NCBI GenBank assembly: GCA_965242525.1
Contig: OZ251459.1
Coordinates: forward strand, 3,168,001-3,232,000
Origin: an uncultured Candidatus Binatia bacterium
GTDB taxonomy: Bacteria; Desulfobacterota; Binatia; UBA9968; JAJDTQ01
Length of the DNA: 64,000 nucleotides
Direction of reading: 5' to 3'
The translations under genes and the position numbers were made by a program. Under the pieces are notes generated by a model. The model worked only from the letters and a program-made list of their open reading frames with translations. It made no database searches and was not told where the DNA came from. Shown piece by piece: positions 40,339 through 50,477 of the stretch (its first letter is position 1; each line of letters opens with the position of its first letter).

Positions 40339-40645
40339 ATGGATTTCGTGATTGAAAACACCAGACTGCGGGAGCTGGTTGCCGTCGTAGGCGAGAACCG
40401 GACCTTTTTCGAGGACTTCGTCGATTTCCTGAAGGGCCAAGGTTATACAGGCCTGCAAGATTTCGTCAATTCCGATGACGATACAAAAGCGCTCTCAACC
40501 ATTTCCATCTATCTGGCCAGGGAATCCGATGCGAGGCTATTCGACGGCCTCGGAAATCCATATGTCAACTCGAAAGCCCGGTGGTTCTTTATCTCCTGGT
40601 TGTTTCGTGACGCCCCAGCCCAACGACTGGGACCGTTGGTTCATC
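40339..40645 (+). pseudogene. Truncated AT-rich gene convergent on the MTase (possible cognate restriction endonuclease remnant)
   Basis: About 100 protein-like codons (MDFVIEN...WLFRDAPAQRLGPLV) that run directly into the MTase 3' end without their own stop; identity inferred from context. Confidence 0.45.
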
Positions 40646-41538
40646 TCATAGGGAGAGCGTGCGCTGGACGCTCTGCACCCGCCTTTTTGTCATATTGCAG
40701 TATTGTTCCGAGCACTCGATCCCGATGAATTGCCTGTTCAGCTTGAGGGAAGCCAGAGCGGTGGCTCCGCTCCCCATGAACGGATCAAGGATGATGCCTT
40801 TCGAAGGGCTTCCCGCAAGAATACATGTTTCCACGAGCTTTTCCGGGAAAACGGCAAAGTGGCCGCCGCGGAATTTGGAAAGCGGAATTTCCCATACTGT
40901 TCGTTTGTTTCTCCCCTTGGGATGAAACGCCTGGTCCCAACGAGCATCATGGAGATTCGAGTTTCCACTGTTTTTCCCGTTTTCGGGAGTCCCGTTCGTC
41001 CTCCCGAAGTGATTCCGGCCTCCTTTCATGCGGCTCTTCTCCGTGAACGTTACATGTGGTTCCCTTACAGCATCTGCATCATAATAGTAATTGCTTGTTT
41101 TTACGAAGAAAAAATGTATTCGTGATCCGTTGTCGGTCTATTTTTGACTGACGACGGCATTGCATTCGGTTTATACCATATAATATCCGAGCGCAGAATG
41201 AACTTTCCCTTGTCTTGGAGTTGAATAGCCAATCGCCAGGGAAGGCTCGCTAAATTGCCATTCAGATACTTGTCGCCAATATTGAGCCAAAGACATCCTG
41301 AAGGCTTGAGAATACGCCGGCATTCAGAGAATACACAAAATAATCTTTCCAAATATTTTTCAATCGACCCCTCCGTTCCTATCTGCGCCCCATTCTCGTA
41401 ATCCCTTTGGCTATAATAGGGAGGGCTGGTTACCACCGCATCTACGCAGGCATCAGGAAACTTGACAAGTTCAGAGTAAGCATCCCCGAGGACAACCTGA
41501 TTCGTTAGTTCCTTGACGCTGTAACAAGCCTTGTTCAT
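40646..41538 (-). pseudogene. Beta-class N4C/N6A DNA methyltransferase, split by a 1-nt frameshift
   Basis: TSPPY, LNIGD, IIWYKPN in the 5' part; HFAVFP, DPFMGSG in the 3' part; adding one T to the T6 run (41109-41114) gives EYIFFFVKTSNYYYDADAVREP and joins the two ORFs. Confidence 0.88.
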
Positions 41539-41580
41539 CTTCAGTTTCTCCCTTGGAAGTCTCTATCTTACGCCATCCTT

Positions 41581-41814
41581 TTACTCCATACAACGTTGAA
41601 CCATGAGCTTGAGTTCCTCGATCACTTCGGTCAATGGCCGCGTCGGTTCGTGTCGGATCTGCTTCAACTCCTCGATGTCTTCGAGTTCCTCGAGGCGATC
41701 GAACAGCGCCTTTTGAATGAAGTGGTTCATGACGACGCCCCTCGACTTGCAGTACCGCTCCAGGGCGTTCTTCAGGGCTTCGTCCACCCTTGCATCGATC
41801 TGCACTTTTCCCAT
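41581..41814 (-). CDS. Ribbon-helix-helix antitoxin-like protein (RelB/CopG type), no adjacent toxin
   Basis: VQIDARVDEALKNALERYC ... FIQKAL ... LEELEDIEEL ... LTEVIEEL. Confidence 0.7.
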   Translation of the reverse strand: MGKVQIDARVDEALKNALERYCKSRGVVMNHFIQKALFDRLEELEDIEELKQIRHEPTRPLTEVIEELKLMVQRCME

Positions 41815-41954
41815 GGTTGCTCCGCAAAGCGATTCAGCGTATGCCAGCAAAAGCTAACATCCGTCGGCAGGAAGGGCAACCGCGCCGCTATCCCGATGAC
41901 CGGGAGGGTACCCTTTTGACCACGGTGCACAAGGGAGGGTATGGAAGCTCCCGG

Positions 41955-42452
41955 ATGATCCATCGTTCGACCTCGAACGTGGGGGACGACCCCCGTGCGC
42001 ACATGGACCTCACCTGGATACGCTGGCTGCTGGACAGCCATGCGCGATGGTTGAAGCGGGATCTCGTGGAGCGGACGGGCGCGCTCGAGGAGCAGGGGGA
42101 ACGGCTCTACCTCGCGCCTTTCGTGGCGGTGTCCCACGCCCTCGGCGAAGACCCCGTCCTCAACTACGGCAACCGGCAGGCGCTCGCGTTGTGGGAAATG
42201 ACCTGGCGGGAGTTCACCGCGACCCCTTCGCGGTTGACCGCGGAACCCTTGGAGCGCACGGAGCGGGCCCGGATGCTCGAACGGGTGGCCGCGTACGGCT
42301 TCGTTACCGATTACCGGGGCGTGCGCGTCTCGCGGACGGGCCGCCGCTTCCTCGTGGAACGGGCCACCGTATGGAACGTCCTGGACGAGCGCGGGAACGA
42401 ACGAGGCCAAGCCGCCTGCTTTTCACGCTGGACGCCCCTCGACCGGGCTTGA
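41955..42452 (+). CDS. MEKHLA domain protein
   Basis: APFVAVSH, DPVLNYGN, PSRLTAEP, YRGVRVSRTGRRF, VWN, GQAA. Confidence 0.88.
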   Translation: MIHRSTSNVGDDPRAHMDLTWIRWLLDSHARWLKRDLVERTGALEEQGERLYLAPFVAVSHALGEDPVLNYGNRQALALWEMTWREFTATPSRLTAEPLERTERARMLERVAAYGFVTDYRGVRVSRTGRRFLVERATVWNVLDERGNERGQAACFSRWTPLDRA

Positions 42453-42470
42453 CCGCCGGGGCATCGCCCC

Positions 42471-43511
42471 TCAGGCCCGGCGCGCCGCCCGCACCCGGGG
42501 CATGACTTCCTCGGCCATGAGCCGTATGACGGACTCGACGCCGCCTCCGGGCGGGGCCAGGACCCAGACGCCGAAGCGCCGTATGCCCATGTCGGCGATG
42601 CGGCCGATCCTGGCGGCCACCTCATCGGGGGTCCCGGCCCAGGCGAAGGCGTCCACGAACTCCTCGGGGACCAGGGGGCCGGCCTCGAACATGAGCTCGT
42701 AATCGCGCCTGGCGATCAGGGTCTCCAGCTCGGACGGGACCTCCATGCCCAACTGCGTCACGAAGTCGCGGTTGGGGTAGCTGCTCCACAACAGGAAGGC
42801 GATCATCTGCCGGACGCCGGCCCGGGCCTTGTCCCGGTCCGGGTCCACGCACGTGTCCACGCGCGAGATGACCTCGATCTCCTCGGGGTCGCGGCCTGCC
42901 TGCCGCGCGCCCTGCCGGATGAAGTCCCAGGCCGTGGCCACGCCCTGCGGGGTGGCCATGGTGGCGATCATGGCGCCGTCCGCGATGCGCCCCGCCAGGC
43001 GGAACACCGCAGGCCCCCGGGTGGCGATCACCACCGGGATGGGGGTCCGGGCCGGGAACCCCAGCACGCCGCCCCGGACCCCCACGACCTCGCCTTCCAC
43101 GGTCGCGGGCTTGCCGGACCACATGGCGCGCATGACGGCGACGGCGTCCCGCATGGCGGCCACCGGGCGCTCCCGCCGGATACCCATGGCGGGAAAGCCG
43201 GATCCCCCGGCGCCCATGCCCACGATGACCCGGCCGGACGCGACCTCGTCCACCGTGGCCATGGCCGCGGCGGTGAGGGCGGGGTGGACGCTGTAGGGGT
43301 CCGTGACCGCGGCGCCGATGCCGATGCTGTGGGTGTGGACGGCGCTCAGGGTCATGTTCGCCACCATGTCGCGGCCGAACTTCTCGTTGGAATGCCAGAG
43401 GCGGTCGAACCCCAACGCTTCCGCGCTCTCGACGATGGCCACCCGCCGGGACAGGGGATAGGCCGCCACCGTCCTGGAGCTGAAGCCGAGGTCGAACTGG
43501 AGGTCGCTCAT
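42471..43511 (-). CDS. LLM-class flavin-dependent oxidoreductase (Mer-like)
   Basis: AEALGFDRLW, VTDPYSVHP, GRVIVGMGAG, LAGRIADG, AGTPDEV. Confidence 0.9.
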   Translation of the reverse strand: MSDLQFDLGFSSRTVAAYPLSRRVAIVESAEALGFDRLWHSNEKFGRDMVANMTLSAVHTHSIGIGAAVTDPYSVHPALTAAAMATVDEVASGRVIVGMGAGGSGFPAMGIRRERPVAAMRDAVAVMRAMWSGKPATVEGEVVGVRGGVLGFPARTPIPVVIATRGPAVFRLAGRIADGAMIATMATPQGVATAWDFIRQGARQAGRDPEEIEVISRVDTCVDPDRDKARAGVRQMIAFLLWSSYPNRDFVTQLGMEVPSELETLIARRDYELMFEAGPLVPEEFVDAFAWAGTPDEVAARIGRIADMGIRRFGVWVLAPPGGGVESVIRLMAEEVMPRVRAARRA

Positions 43512-43602
43512 GTCGTTGGTCTCCGATGCCGAGCCGCGCGGTTACTCGGATTCTGACGGCTGCTGCTCGCATTCACGAACGCCAGATCGATGCCGGTTCT
43601 CC

Positions 43603-43813
43603 TTGGGAAAGCGCGTCCTTTGGATTCGCTTCGACCCTCTCTCTCTCGAAACCCCTGAACGATCGAGACATCCGGGATGGATTCCCCCACCCTGACACTC
43701 CTGTCCCCGTTCGTCCTGAGCGTAGCGCAGCGGAATCCCCCCATTCATCCTGAGCGTAGCGTAGCGGAGTCGAAGGACGCGCTCTTGCCTCTGTCCCGAT
43801 CGTTCAGAGGTTC
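43603..43813. repeat. Repeat family A, composite copy 7
   Basis: Reverse partial unit followed by a full element GAAACCCCTGAACGATCG ... duplicated core ... CGATCGTTCAGAGGTTCC. Confidence 0.85.
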
Positions 43814-43830
43814 CTCTCATCGGTCGCTGG

Positions 43831-45105
43831 TCACCCGTTGCAGACTTCCGGACGTTGCTCGATGTATTCGAGCAGGGCCTCTGCGGCCCACTGGTGGCCG
43901 GCGGGGCTCCAGTGGTCATCGTGGGGCCATCGGGCGTCCGAGAGCGCGGCGCCCTGGCGGAGGATGTAGTCGGCCTGGTCGATGACGGGAATGTCCAGGG
44001 TTGCGGCCATTTCGCTCATTCGCTCGAACATGCGGGTTCCGCTGGTCTTCAGCGTGTGTGTCGCCAGGATGACCAGCTCGACGCCGTCGCGGTCGGCTCG
44101 CTGCCGGAACTGCTCCAGCGCGAAACGGGTGTATTGCAGGGCGTCCTCGAAAAGGGGCGGCAGGTCCCTTCGAGCGAACATTCGACGGAAGTCGGGCCGA
44201 CGGGTGGGCCGCCATCCTTCGAGCAGCGCAGCATAGCCGGGCTGCCGCCTCAGAGCCTCCACGTCCCCCATGTGCCAGGCTGCCCAAGGAAACAGGGCGT
44301 TCTTCTTGGCGCGCAACCAGCGGGCAAACCACGAATGGTGCGTCAGCTTCCTTGCGGCGCGGACGACCCACAACGATACCCGGTCCCGAGCAACGGATGG
44401 CAACGGATGGGGGAGGGACCATTCCAATTCCAACTTCCCGTCCGGGAGTCTTCTCACGACAGGCTCGAAACGGCGTTTCCGGCTCCCTGCCTGTAAATCC
44501 AGCGATCGCAGAACCGGCGCGTTGTTGATGAAATCGTTGTAAACGAAGACCAGCACGAGCAGTTTGGGATAGAGCCGCCGGGCATATTCGTCGTAGAACG
44601 GCAGTTGCTGGACTTGGCCGATATTCCCTATCCCGAAGGCCGAAGTCGTGACGTCCAGGTGGGGCAACCGGCCGGCGGCGAGTTCTTCGAGGCGGACATG
44701 GAGCTTGCGGTGGATGGGGACTTGCAGCGCCTCCACGAAAGAGTCGCCGATGATGGAGATATGGCAGGTTGCTGCGGCGTGTTCGGGAGTCGAGGGTTCA
44801 CGGTCGAGGAAGCCCAGGCTGTTGGTGCGGGAGACGTTCCAGAAGTCGAGTGCGTTGGTATGGCGTATCTCCGTGTTCGGCGGCCTGAGATAGCCTACGT
44901 TCGGGACGAATACGATGGGTTTGTACGTCGGCGCCAGGAACGGCATGGTCAGGCGGAACCAGGCTTCCCCGGCCAACGCCGCCAGCGCGACGCCCGCGAC
45001 CATGAGAAGCACGTTCCAGCCGATGAGTTGCAACGCCCGGCGGAACCGGCCGCGCCGGGGGGCGGGGGGAGAATAATCGATATCATCCATGGCGCGGGGT
45101 CGCAT
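43831..45105 (-). CDS. Membrane-anchored SGNH/GDSL-hydrolase-like protein, paralogue 1
   Basis: N-terminal TM segment, IIGDSF, FGIGNIG, YNDFINN, DDHWS. Confidence 0.75.
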   Translation of the reverse strand: MRPRAMDDIDYSPPAPRRGRFRRALQLIGWNVLLMVAGVALAALAGEAWFRLTMPFLAPTYKPIVFVPNVGYLRPPNTEIRHTNALDFWNVSRTNSLGFLDREPSTPEHAAATCHISIIGDSFVEALQVPIHRKLHVRLEELAAGRLPHLDVTTSAFGIGNIGQVQQLPFYDEYARRLYPKLLVLVFVYNDFINNAPVLRSLDLQAGSRKRRFEPVVRRLPDGKLELEWSLPHPLPSVARDRVSLWVVRAARKLTHHSWFARWLRAKKNALFPWAAWHMGDVEALRRQPGYAALLEGWRPTRRPDFRRMFARRDLPPLFEDALQYTRFALEQFRQRADRDGVELVILATHTLKTSGTRMFERMSEMAATLDIPVIDQADYILRQGAALSDARWPHDDHWSPAGHQWAAEALLEYIEQRPEVCNG

Positions 45106-45151
45106 GGGATGCCCGGTGAAGTTCCGGGAAGGGGCAGGGCTGAACGACCGT

Positions 45152-45190
45152 CCCCGTTCGTCCCGAGCGTAGCGAAGTCGAAGGACGCGC
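45152..45190 (+). repeat. Repeat family A, short copy 8
   Basis: CCCCGTTCGTCCCGAGCGTAGCGAAGTCGAAGGACGCGC. Confidence 0.8.
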
Positions 45191-45253
45191 CTCGTCGAGA
45201 AAGCGACGAAGATACCACGGCGTCCCGCCGGCGCCAAGCCGCGCCGAGGGCGG

Positions 45254-46408
45254 TCACCCGTCGCAGACGTCCGGGTGTTGCTCGATGTATTCGAGCAGGG
45301 CCTCTGCGGTCCATTGGTGGCCGGCGGGGCTCCAGTGGTAGTCGTGGGGCCATTGGGCGTCCGAGAGGTCGGCGTCCTGGCGGAGGATGTAGTCGGCCTG
45401 GTCGATGACGGGAATATCGAGGGTTGCGGCTATTTCGCCCATTCGCTCGAACATGAGGGTTCCGTGGGACTTCATCGTGTGTGACGCCAGGATGACCAGC
45501 TTGGCGCCGTCCCGGTCGGCGCGTTGCTGGAACTGCTCCAGCGCGAAGCGGGTGTATTGCAGGGCGTCCCCGTAAAAGGGAGGCAGGTCCCTGTCTGCTC
45601 GAGGAAACAAGGCATTCTTCTTGGCTTGCAACCAGCGGGCAAACCACGAATAGTGCGTCGCCTTCCTTGCGGCGCGGACGACCCGCGGGGTCGGAGCAAC
45701 GGATGGCGACCGAGGCGGGAGGGACCATGCCAATTCCAACTTCCCGTCCGGGCGCCTTCTCACGATGGGGCCTCCAGGTTTCGGGATCCCTTCCGACCAT
45801 CTTCTCAGAAACGGCGAGTTGTTGATGAAATCGTTGTAAACGAAGACCAGCACGAGCAATTTGGGATGGAGCCGCCTGGCATATTCGTCGTAGAACGGCA
45901 GTTGCTGGACTTGGCCGGTACCACTCAACCCGAAGGCCGAAGTCGTGACGTCCAGGTGTGGCAACCTGCTGGCGGCGAGTTCTTCGAGTCGGACCTGGAG
46001 CTTGCGGTGGATGGGGACTTGCAGCGCCTCCACGAAGGAGTCGCCGATGATGGAGACGTGGCAGGTTGCTGCGGCGCGTTCGGGGCTCGGGGGTTCCCGG
46101 TCGAGGAAGCCCAGGCTGTTGGTGCGGGAGACGTTCCAGAAGTCGAGCCGGTTGGTATGGCGTATCTCCGTGTTCGGGGTCCTGACATAGCCTACGTTCG
46201 GAACGAATTCCATGGGTTTCCAGGTGGGCAACGGGAACGACATGGACGACATGGTCAGCCGGAAGTATGCCTCTCCCGCCAGCGCGACGCCCGCGACGAT
46301 GGCGACGGTGAGGAGTGTATTCCATCCGATGAGGCGAAGCGCACGGCGGAGCCGGCCGCCTGAGGGGAGGGAATCATGGTCAATGCAATCGATGGTATGG
46401 GGTCTCAC
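45254..46408 (-). CDS. Membrane-anchored SGNH/GDSL-hydrolase-like protein, paralogue 2
   Basis: Long near-identical blocks with paralogue 1; IIGDSF, YNDFINN, DYHWS. Confidence 0.75.
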   Translation of the reverse strand: MRPHTIDCIDHDSLPSGGRLRRALRLIGWNTLLTVAIVAGVALAGEAYFRLTMSSMSFPLPTWKPMEFVPNVGYVRTPNTEIRHTNRLDFWNVSRTNSLGFLDREPPSPERAAATCHVSIIGDSFVEALQVPIHRKLQVRLEELAASRLPHLDVTTSAFGLSGTGQVQQLPFYDEYARRLHPKLLVLVFVYNDFINNSPFLRRWSEGIPKPGGPIVRRRPDGKLELAWSLPPRSPSVAPTPRVVRAARKATHYSWFARWLQAKKNALFPRADRDLPPFYGDALQYTRFALEQFQQRADRDGAKLVILASHTMKSHGTLMFERMGEIAATLDIPVIDQADYILRQDADLSDAQWPHDYHWSPAGHQWTAEALLEYIEQHPDVCDG

Positions 46409-46472
46409 GAGACGCCCCGCTGATAGCTCGTCGAGAAAACGATGAATATGCTGCCACAGCCTCCCGCCTGCC

Positions 46473-47456
46473 TCAAGCCGCGCCGAGGGTCGTGACCGCG
46501 GCGATGACGCCGGCCACGGTGACGCTGGAGAAGACGGTGGTCCAGAAGACCACGTCGCCGGTGAGCTCCGCGTCGCCGTCGAGCTCCAGTGTGAGGATGA
46601 GCGTGTTGACCGCGGTGGGCGCGGCCGCGCCGATGACGAGATGGGCCCCGGGCCACGGCCAGAGGCCGAAGGCCGCCACCGCCGCGGCCGTGGCCGCGGG
46701 CAGGACCAGGAGCTTCACCGCGGCGATGGGCGCCACCGCCCGCCACCGGCGCCAGCGCGCGCCCTTGGCGAGCTGGGCGCCCAGGGCGATGAGCATCATG
46801 GGCACCAGCGCCGCGCTCAGGGAGCGCAGCGGGAAGCCCGCCCACGCGGGCAGGTAGTCCGCGCCCCCGAACGCGCGCAGGCGCGTCTCCCGCAGGACGA
46901 AAGCCGCGGCCAGCGCATACGGCATGGGGAGCCTGAAGATCCCCAGGGCGTCCCGGGCCCGGCCACCCTTGGCCAAAGCCAGCACCACGTACCCCAGGCA
47001 CCAGATCAGCAGGTTGCTGAGCATCACCACCAGGGCCTGGACCTGCAACCCGGCCTGCGCATCGGGTTGCCCTGCGAACCGGGCGCCGCCTTCGACGTAG
47101 AGCAGGTGGGCCACCGGGATGCCGAAGTTCCCGGCGTTGAACACGAGCCCGCCGAGGATGGCGGCGGCCACGGTCTCGCTGGGCGCCCCCGCGGCGCGCA
47201 GGCCGCCGAACAGCAGCAGGCCCAGGACCCCCAGGGGGACCATGACCACCAGGGCGATGCGCCCGATCTCGTCCCAGGGGATGTCGCTGTCGTAGATCTG
47301 GACGAGCAGGAACGACGGCACCAGCAGCCACATGGCGACCCGGCCCAGGGTCTCCACGCTCAGGGGCCGGCAAAGCTGCATCAGGGCGCCGATGCCGACC
47401 ATCAGCAGCAGGGGCAGGACGATCTCGTGGAAGATGTGGCCGGTGTGTTGCAGCAT
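46473..47456 (-). CDS. AEC (auxin efflux carrier) family transporter
   Basis: NAGNFGIP, MLIALGAQL, KLLVLP, APTAVN. Confidence 0.88.
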   Translation of the reverse strand: MLQHTGHIFHEIVLPLLLMVGIGALMQLCRPLSVETLGRVAMWLLVPSFLLVQIYDSDIPWDEIGRIALVVMVPLGVLGLLLFGGLRAAGAPSETVAAAILGGLVFNAGNFGIPVAHLLYVEGGARFAGQPDAQAGLQVQALVVMLSNLLIWCLGYVVLALAKGGRARDALGIFRLPMPYALAAAFVLRETRLRAFGGADYLPAWAGFPLRSLSAALVPMMLIALGAQLAKGARWRRWRAVAPIAAVKLLVLPAATAAAVAAFGLWPWPGAHLVIGAAAPTAVNTLILTLELDGDAELTGDVVFWTTVFSSVTVAGVIAAVTTLGAA

Positions 47457-47700
47457 GGGTGCAGGTGACGGTCCGATTTCCCCTCCCCCCTTCGAGGGCG
47501 AGGGTCGGGGCGGAGGCTCGTCGGTTCAACCGGATGGATGGGGACCGGCGCCGACGGACGAACAGGTTGGTCTGGCGTCCGTCCGTGCGGAGTCCCGCTG
47601 TGGACGGTCGGTGCGGACAGGCGGAACGGAACCTGCCCCTCGAACGAACGGGACCTCCGCTCGAAGGGCAGGCGCTACGGGACCCTGGACTGCCCGGCGG

Positions 47701-48189
47701 TCACCCCGCGGACTCGGCGAAGAACTTCCCGGGCATCTCGATGGGGGTAAGGGTCTTGTTCTCCGCCGAGTCGGACAGCAGCGGAGCGCCGTCGGGGCGG
47801 ATGCGCATGTCCTCGCCCCCCTGCGGCCGGGCGTTGATGCCGCACCCGATGCGCAGCACCACGAGGTTGCCGTCGCCGGTGTTGAGGTAACGATAGAAGG
47901 CGCCCTTGGGGATCATGACGCCCTGGTACTTCTCCAGCGTCATCTCGTCGCCCTTCTCGTCGAACACCGACATGCGGCCTTCCAGCACCACGAACGAATG
48001 GTCCTCGTCCAGGTGGCAGTGGACCGCGTTCTCGCCCCCCTCGGAATTGATCTTGGTGTGGATCCACATGTTGTCGGTCTGGGCCACGAGCTGCGTGACC
48101 CGGCCCTGCTGCATGTAGGGGGTCTTCAACGAATACCGGTAGGCCTTGGGGCGTTCCCGGACCTCCTGCTTCTCTGCCACTGCTTCCAT
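47701..48189 (-). CDS. Cupin domain protein
   Basis: GENAVHCHLDEDHSFVVLEG, IPKGAFY; AAGGAG RBS. Confidence 0.85.
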   Translation of the reverse strand: MEAVAEKQEVRERPKAYRYSLKTPYMQQGRVTQLVAQTDNMWIHTKINSEGGENAVHCHLDEDHSFVVLEGRMSVFDEKGDEMTLEKYQGVMIPKGAFYRYLNTGDGNLVVLRIGCGINARPQGGEDMRIRPDGAPLLSDSAENKTLTPIEMPGKFFAESAG

Positions 48190-48263
48190 GGTGGACTCCT
48201 TTCCGAGCTTTGCCTGCTTTCGGGCGCCGGCTCCCCAACGGGCCGGTTCCGGCGCCGGTCTCG

Positions 48264-49352
48264 TCATGCGTTGATGCCCGCCAGCTTTAGGTCGTAGAGC
48301 CGCAGGACGTTCTCGCGCACCACCTTGCGGAAGACGTCCGCGGACAGGTGGCCGAGCTCGTCGGCGATGACCTGGCGGGAGTGCGGCCAGGTGGACGCCG
48401 CATGGGGGTAGTCGTTGGACCACATGCACGTATCGCCGCCCCACCAGTCCAGCAGCCGGCCTCCGGTGGGGTCGCTGAAGAACGTGGCGTAGAACTGCTC
48501 GTTGCAGTACTCGCTGGGGAGCTTCTTCATGTGCGGCAGCGGCGCCTTCTGTGCGTGGCGCTTGAAGTACTTGTCCCATTCGTGGAGGTAGAACGGGATC
48601 CACGAGATCTCGTTCTCCACGTACACGAACTTGAGGTCCGGGTAGTTGGACATGGGGCCGCCGAAGACCAGCTCGAACAGCGTGTTGGCTGCGTCCGCCA
48701 GCTTCTGGTTGACGGTCATGCGGTACACGTCCAGGCCGTGCCGCTCGAAGCGGCTGTAGTTGAACCCGGTCAGGATGTGGAGGTTGACGGGCATCCGGAG
48801 AGCCTGGGCCGCTTCCCAGAAACGGTTGTAGTGGTCGCTGGTGAAGGGCAGGTGCGGCGGCGGGACCTGCCAGATCAGGCAGCCCACGAGCCCCGCCTTC
48901 TTGCAGCGCTCCAGCTCCCGGATGGCGTTGTCGATGTTGTAGAGCGAGATCATCGGCACGCCCACCAGCTTGTGGGGATGGACCTTGCAGTACTCGATGA
49001 GCCAGTCGTTGGCGATCTCGAAGCAGGCCTCCTGGAGCTCCGCGTCCTCCAGGGCGAACAGACGGAGGCCCAGGGTCGGGTAGAGCACCTCCGCGGACAC
49101 GCCGTCCACCGCCATCTCCCGGACCCGCGCCTTGGGGTCCCAGCCCCCGGGCTTCTCGCCCACCGCGTTCCGGGGCGGAAACTCGGGGTAGCGGCCCTTG
49201 AAACCGGCGGGCAGGTTGTTGGTCCACAGGTCGGTGGGCTCCATGACGTGGGAGTCCGCGGACACGATGATCTCGTTGGCTACGGCGTTCTCGGTAGTTG
49301 GCATGCTCACGCTCACGGTCGTTCCTCCTCCGGTTTCTCCGGTCTCGTTCAT
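48264..49352 (-). CDS. Amidohydrolase family protein
   Basis: VSADSHVMEP, PVNLH, VENEISW, WSNDYPH. Confidence 0.9.
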   Translation of the reverse strand: MNETGETGGGTTVSVSMPTTENAVANEIIVSADSHVMEPTDLWTNNLPAGFKGRYPEFPPRNAVGEKPGGWDPKARVREMAVDGVSAEVLYPTLGLRLFALEDAELQEACFEIANDWLIEYCKVHPHKLVGVPMISLYNIDNAIRELERCKKAGLVGCLIWQVPPPHLPFTSDHYNRFWEAAQALRMPVNLHILTGFNYSRFERHGLDVYRMTVNQKLADAANTLFELVFGGPMSNYPDLKFVYVENEISWIPFYLHEWDKYFKRHAQKAPLPHMKKLPSEYCNEQFYATFFSDPTGGRLLDWWGGDTCMWSNDYPHAASTWPHSRQVIADELGHLSADVFRKVVRENVLRLYDLKLAGINA

Positions 49353-49517
49353 GGGCTCGCCACTCCTTATGCGCGTTTTTCGCCGCTTTGTCCACCGCTG
49401 CGCCGCGCGGGCGGCGCACTGCCGCCATGCGCTCGCGGGTCCGTTGTGTTATGAGGACGGCTGCAACGCGGGACGCAGGTGGACGCGCCCGCGGAAAACC
49501 CCCTTCGGAGGCGACTC

Positions 49518-50477
49518 ATGACGACCATGATTACGGGCGCGGGACTGGTCGGGTCCCAGGTGGCGCGCATCATCGCGCAGCAGGGCGAGAAGCCGGTCCT
49601 GTTCGACATCGCTCCCAACCTCACCGCGCTGGCCGACGTGGTGGAGCCGGACAGGGTGGCCCTGTTCCGGGGAGACCTGCTGAACCCGTTCGACCTCGGC
49701 CGGGTGATCCGGGAGCACGGCGTCACGCGCGTGGTCCATACGGCCGCCTACCCCAACCTCGGCGCCGGCGCCCAGGAGAACCCCTACGGCGCCATCCAGG
49801 TGAACGTCATGGGCACCGCCAACGTTCTGGAAGCGGCCCGGCTCCACGGCGTGGAGCGGGTGGTGATGATCAGCACCGCGGCGGTGGCCCGGGGCGTGGC
49901 CGGCGGCGAGGACGACGGCGACCGCAGCAAGGAAGAGGCGCTGCCCCGGCCCAGCTCCTTCTACTCCGCCACCAAGCAGGCGGGCGAGAACCTGGGGTTC
50001 AACTACGCGCGGTCCCACGGCGTGGACTTCCGCGCGGTGCGTTTCCCCAACGTGTGCGGGCCGTGGATCCCGGGGGGCGGCGGGCGGCCCAGCGCCATGT
50101 TCCGGACCCTGGTGGAGCGGTCGGTGGACGGCGTCGAGCACAGCATTCCGCCGGGCGTCATGGAGTGGCTCTACTCCAAGGACGCGGCCCGGGGCGTGGT
50201 CATGACGCTCCAGGCCGAGGGCGTCCGGAGCCGCGTGTTCAACATCGGCATCGGCCGACCCTACACCGCCCGGGAACTCATCGACGTGTTCAGGCAGGTG
50301 GTCCCCGGCGCCAGGCTCGGCGTGGACGAGGGCGCGGCCACGTCCCAGACCTCCTCGGTCTTCCTGGACCTCACCCGCGCCCGCACCGAGCTGGGTTACG
50401 AAGCCGAATACGACCTGCCCGCCGCAGTCGCCGACTACGTGGCCTGGTACCGCCGCCTCAAGGCGAAAGCGGGTTGA
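49518..50477 (+). CDS. NAD-dependent epimerase/dehydratase (extended SDR)
   Basis: ITGAGLVGS, NVMGTANVLEAA, YSATK; GGAGG RBS. Confidence 0.9.
   Translation: MTTMITGAGLVGSQVARIIAQQGEKPVLFDIAPNLTALADVVEPDRVALFRGDLLNPFDLGRVIREHGVTRVVHTAAYPNLGAGAQENPYGAIQVNVMGTANVLEAARLHGVERVVMISTAAVARGVAGGEDDGDRSKEEALPRPSSFYSATKQAGENLGFNYARSHGVDFRAVRFPNVCGPWIPGGGGRPSAMFRTLVERSVDGVEHSIPPGVMEWLYSKDAARGVVMTLQAEGVRSRVFNIGIGRPYTARELIDVFRQVVPGARLGVDEGAATSQTSSVFLDLTRARTELGYEAEYDLPAAVADYVAWYRRLKAKAG

Noticed and set aside
47701-49428. 575-aa cupin fusion ORF
   Set aside because: The upstream part overlaps the amidohydrolase in another frame; the cupin has its own RBS and ATG at 48189.
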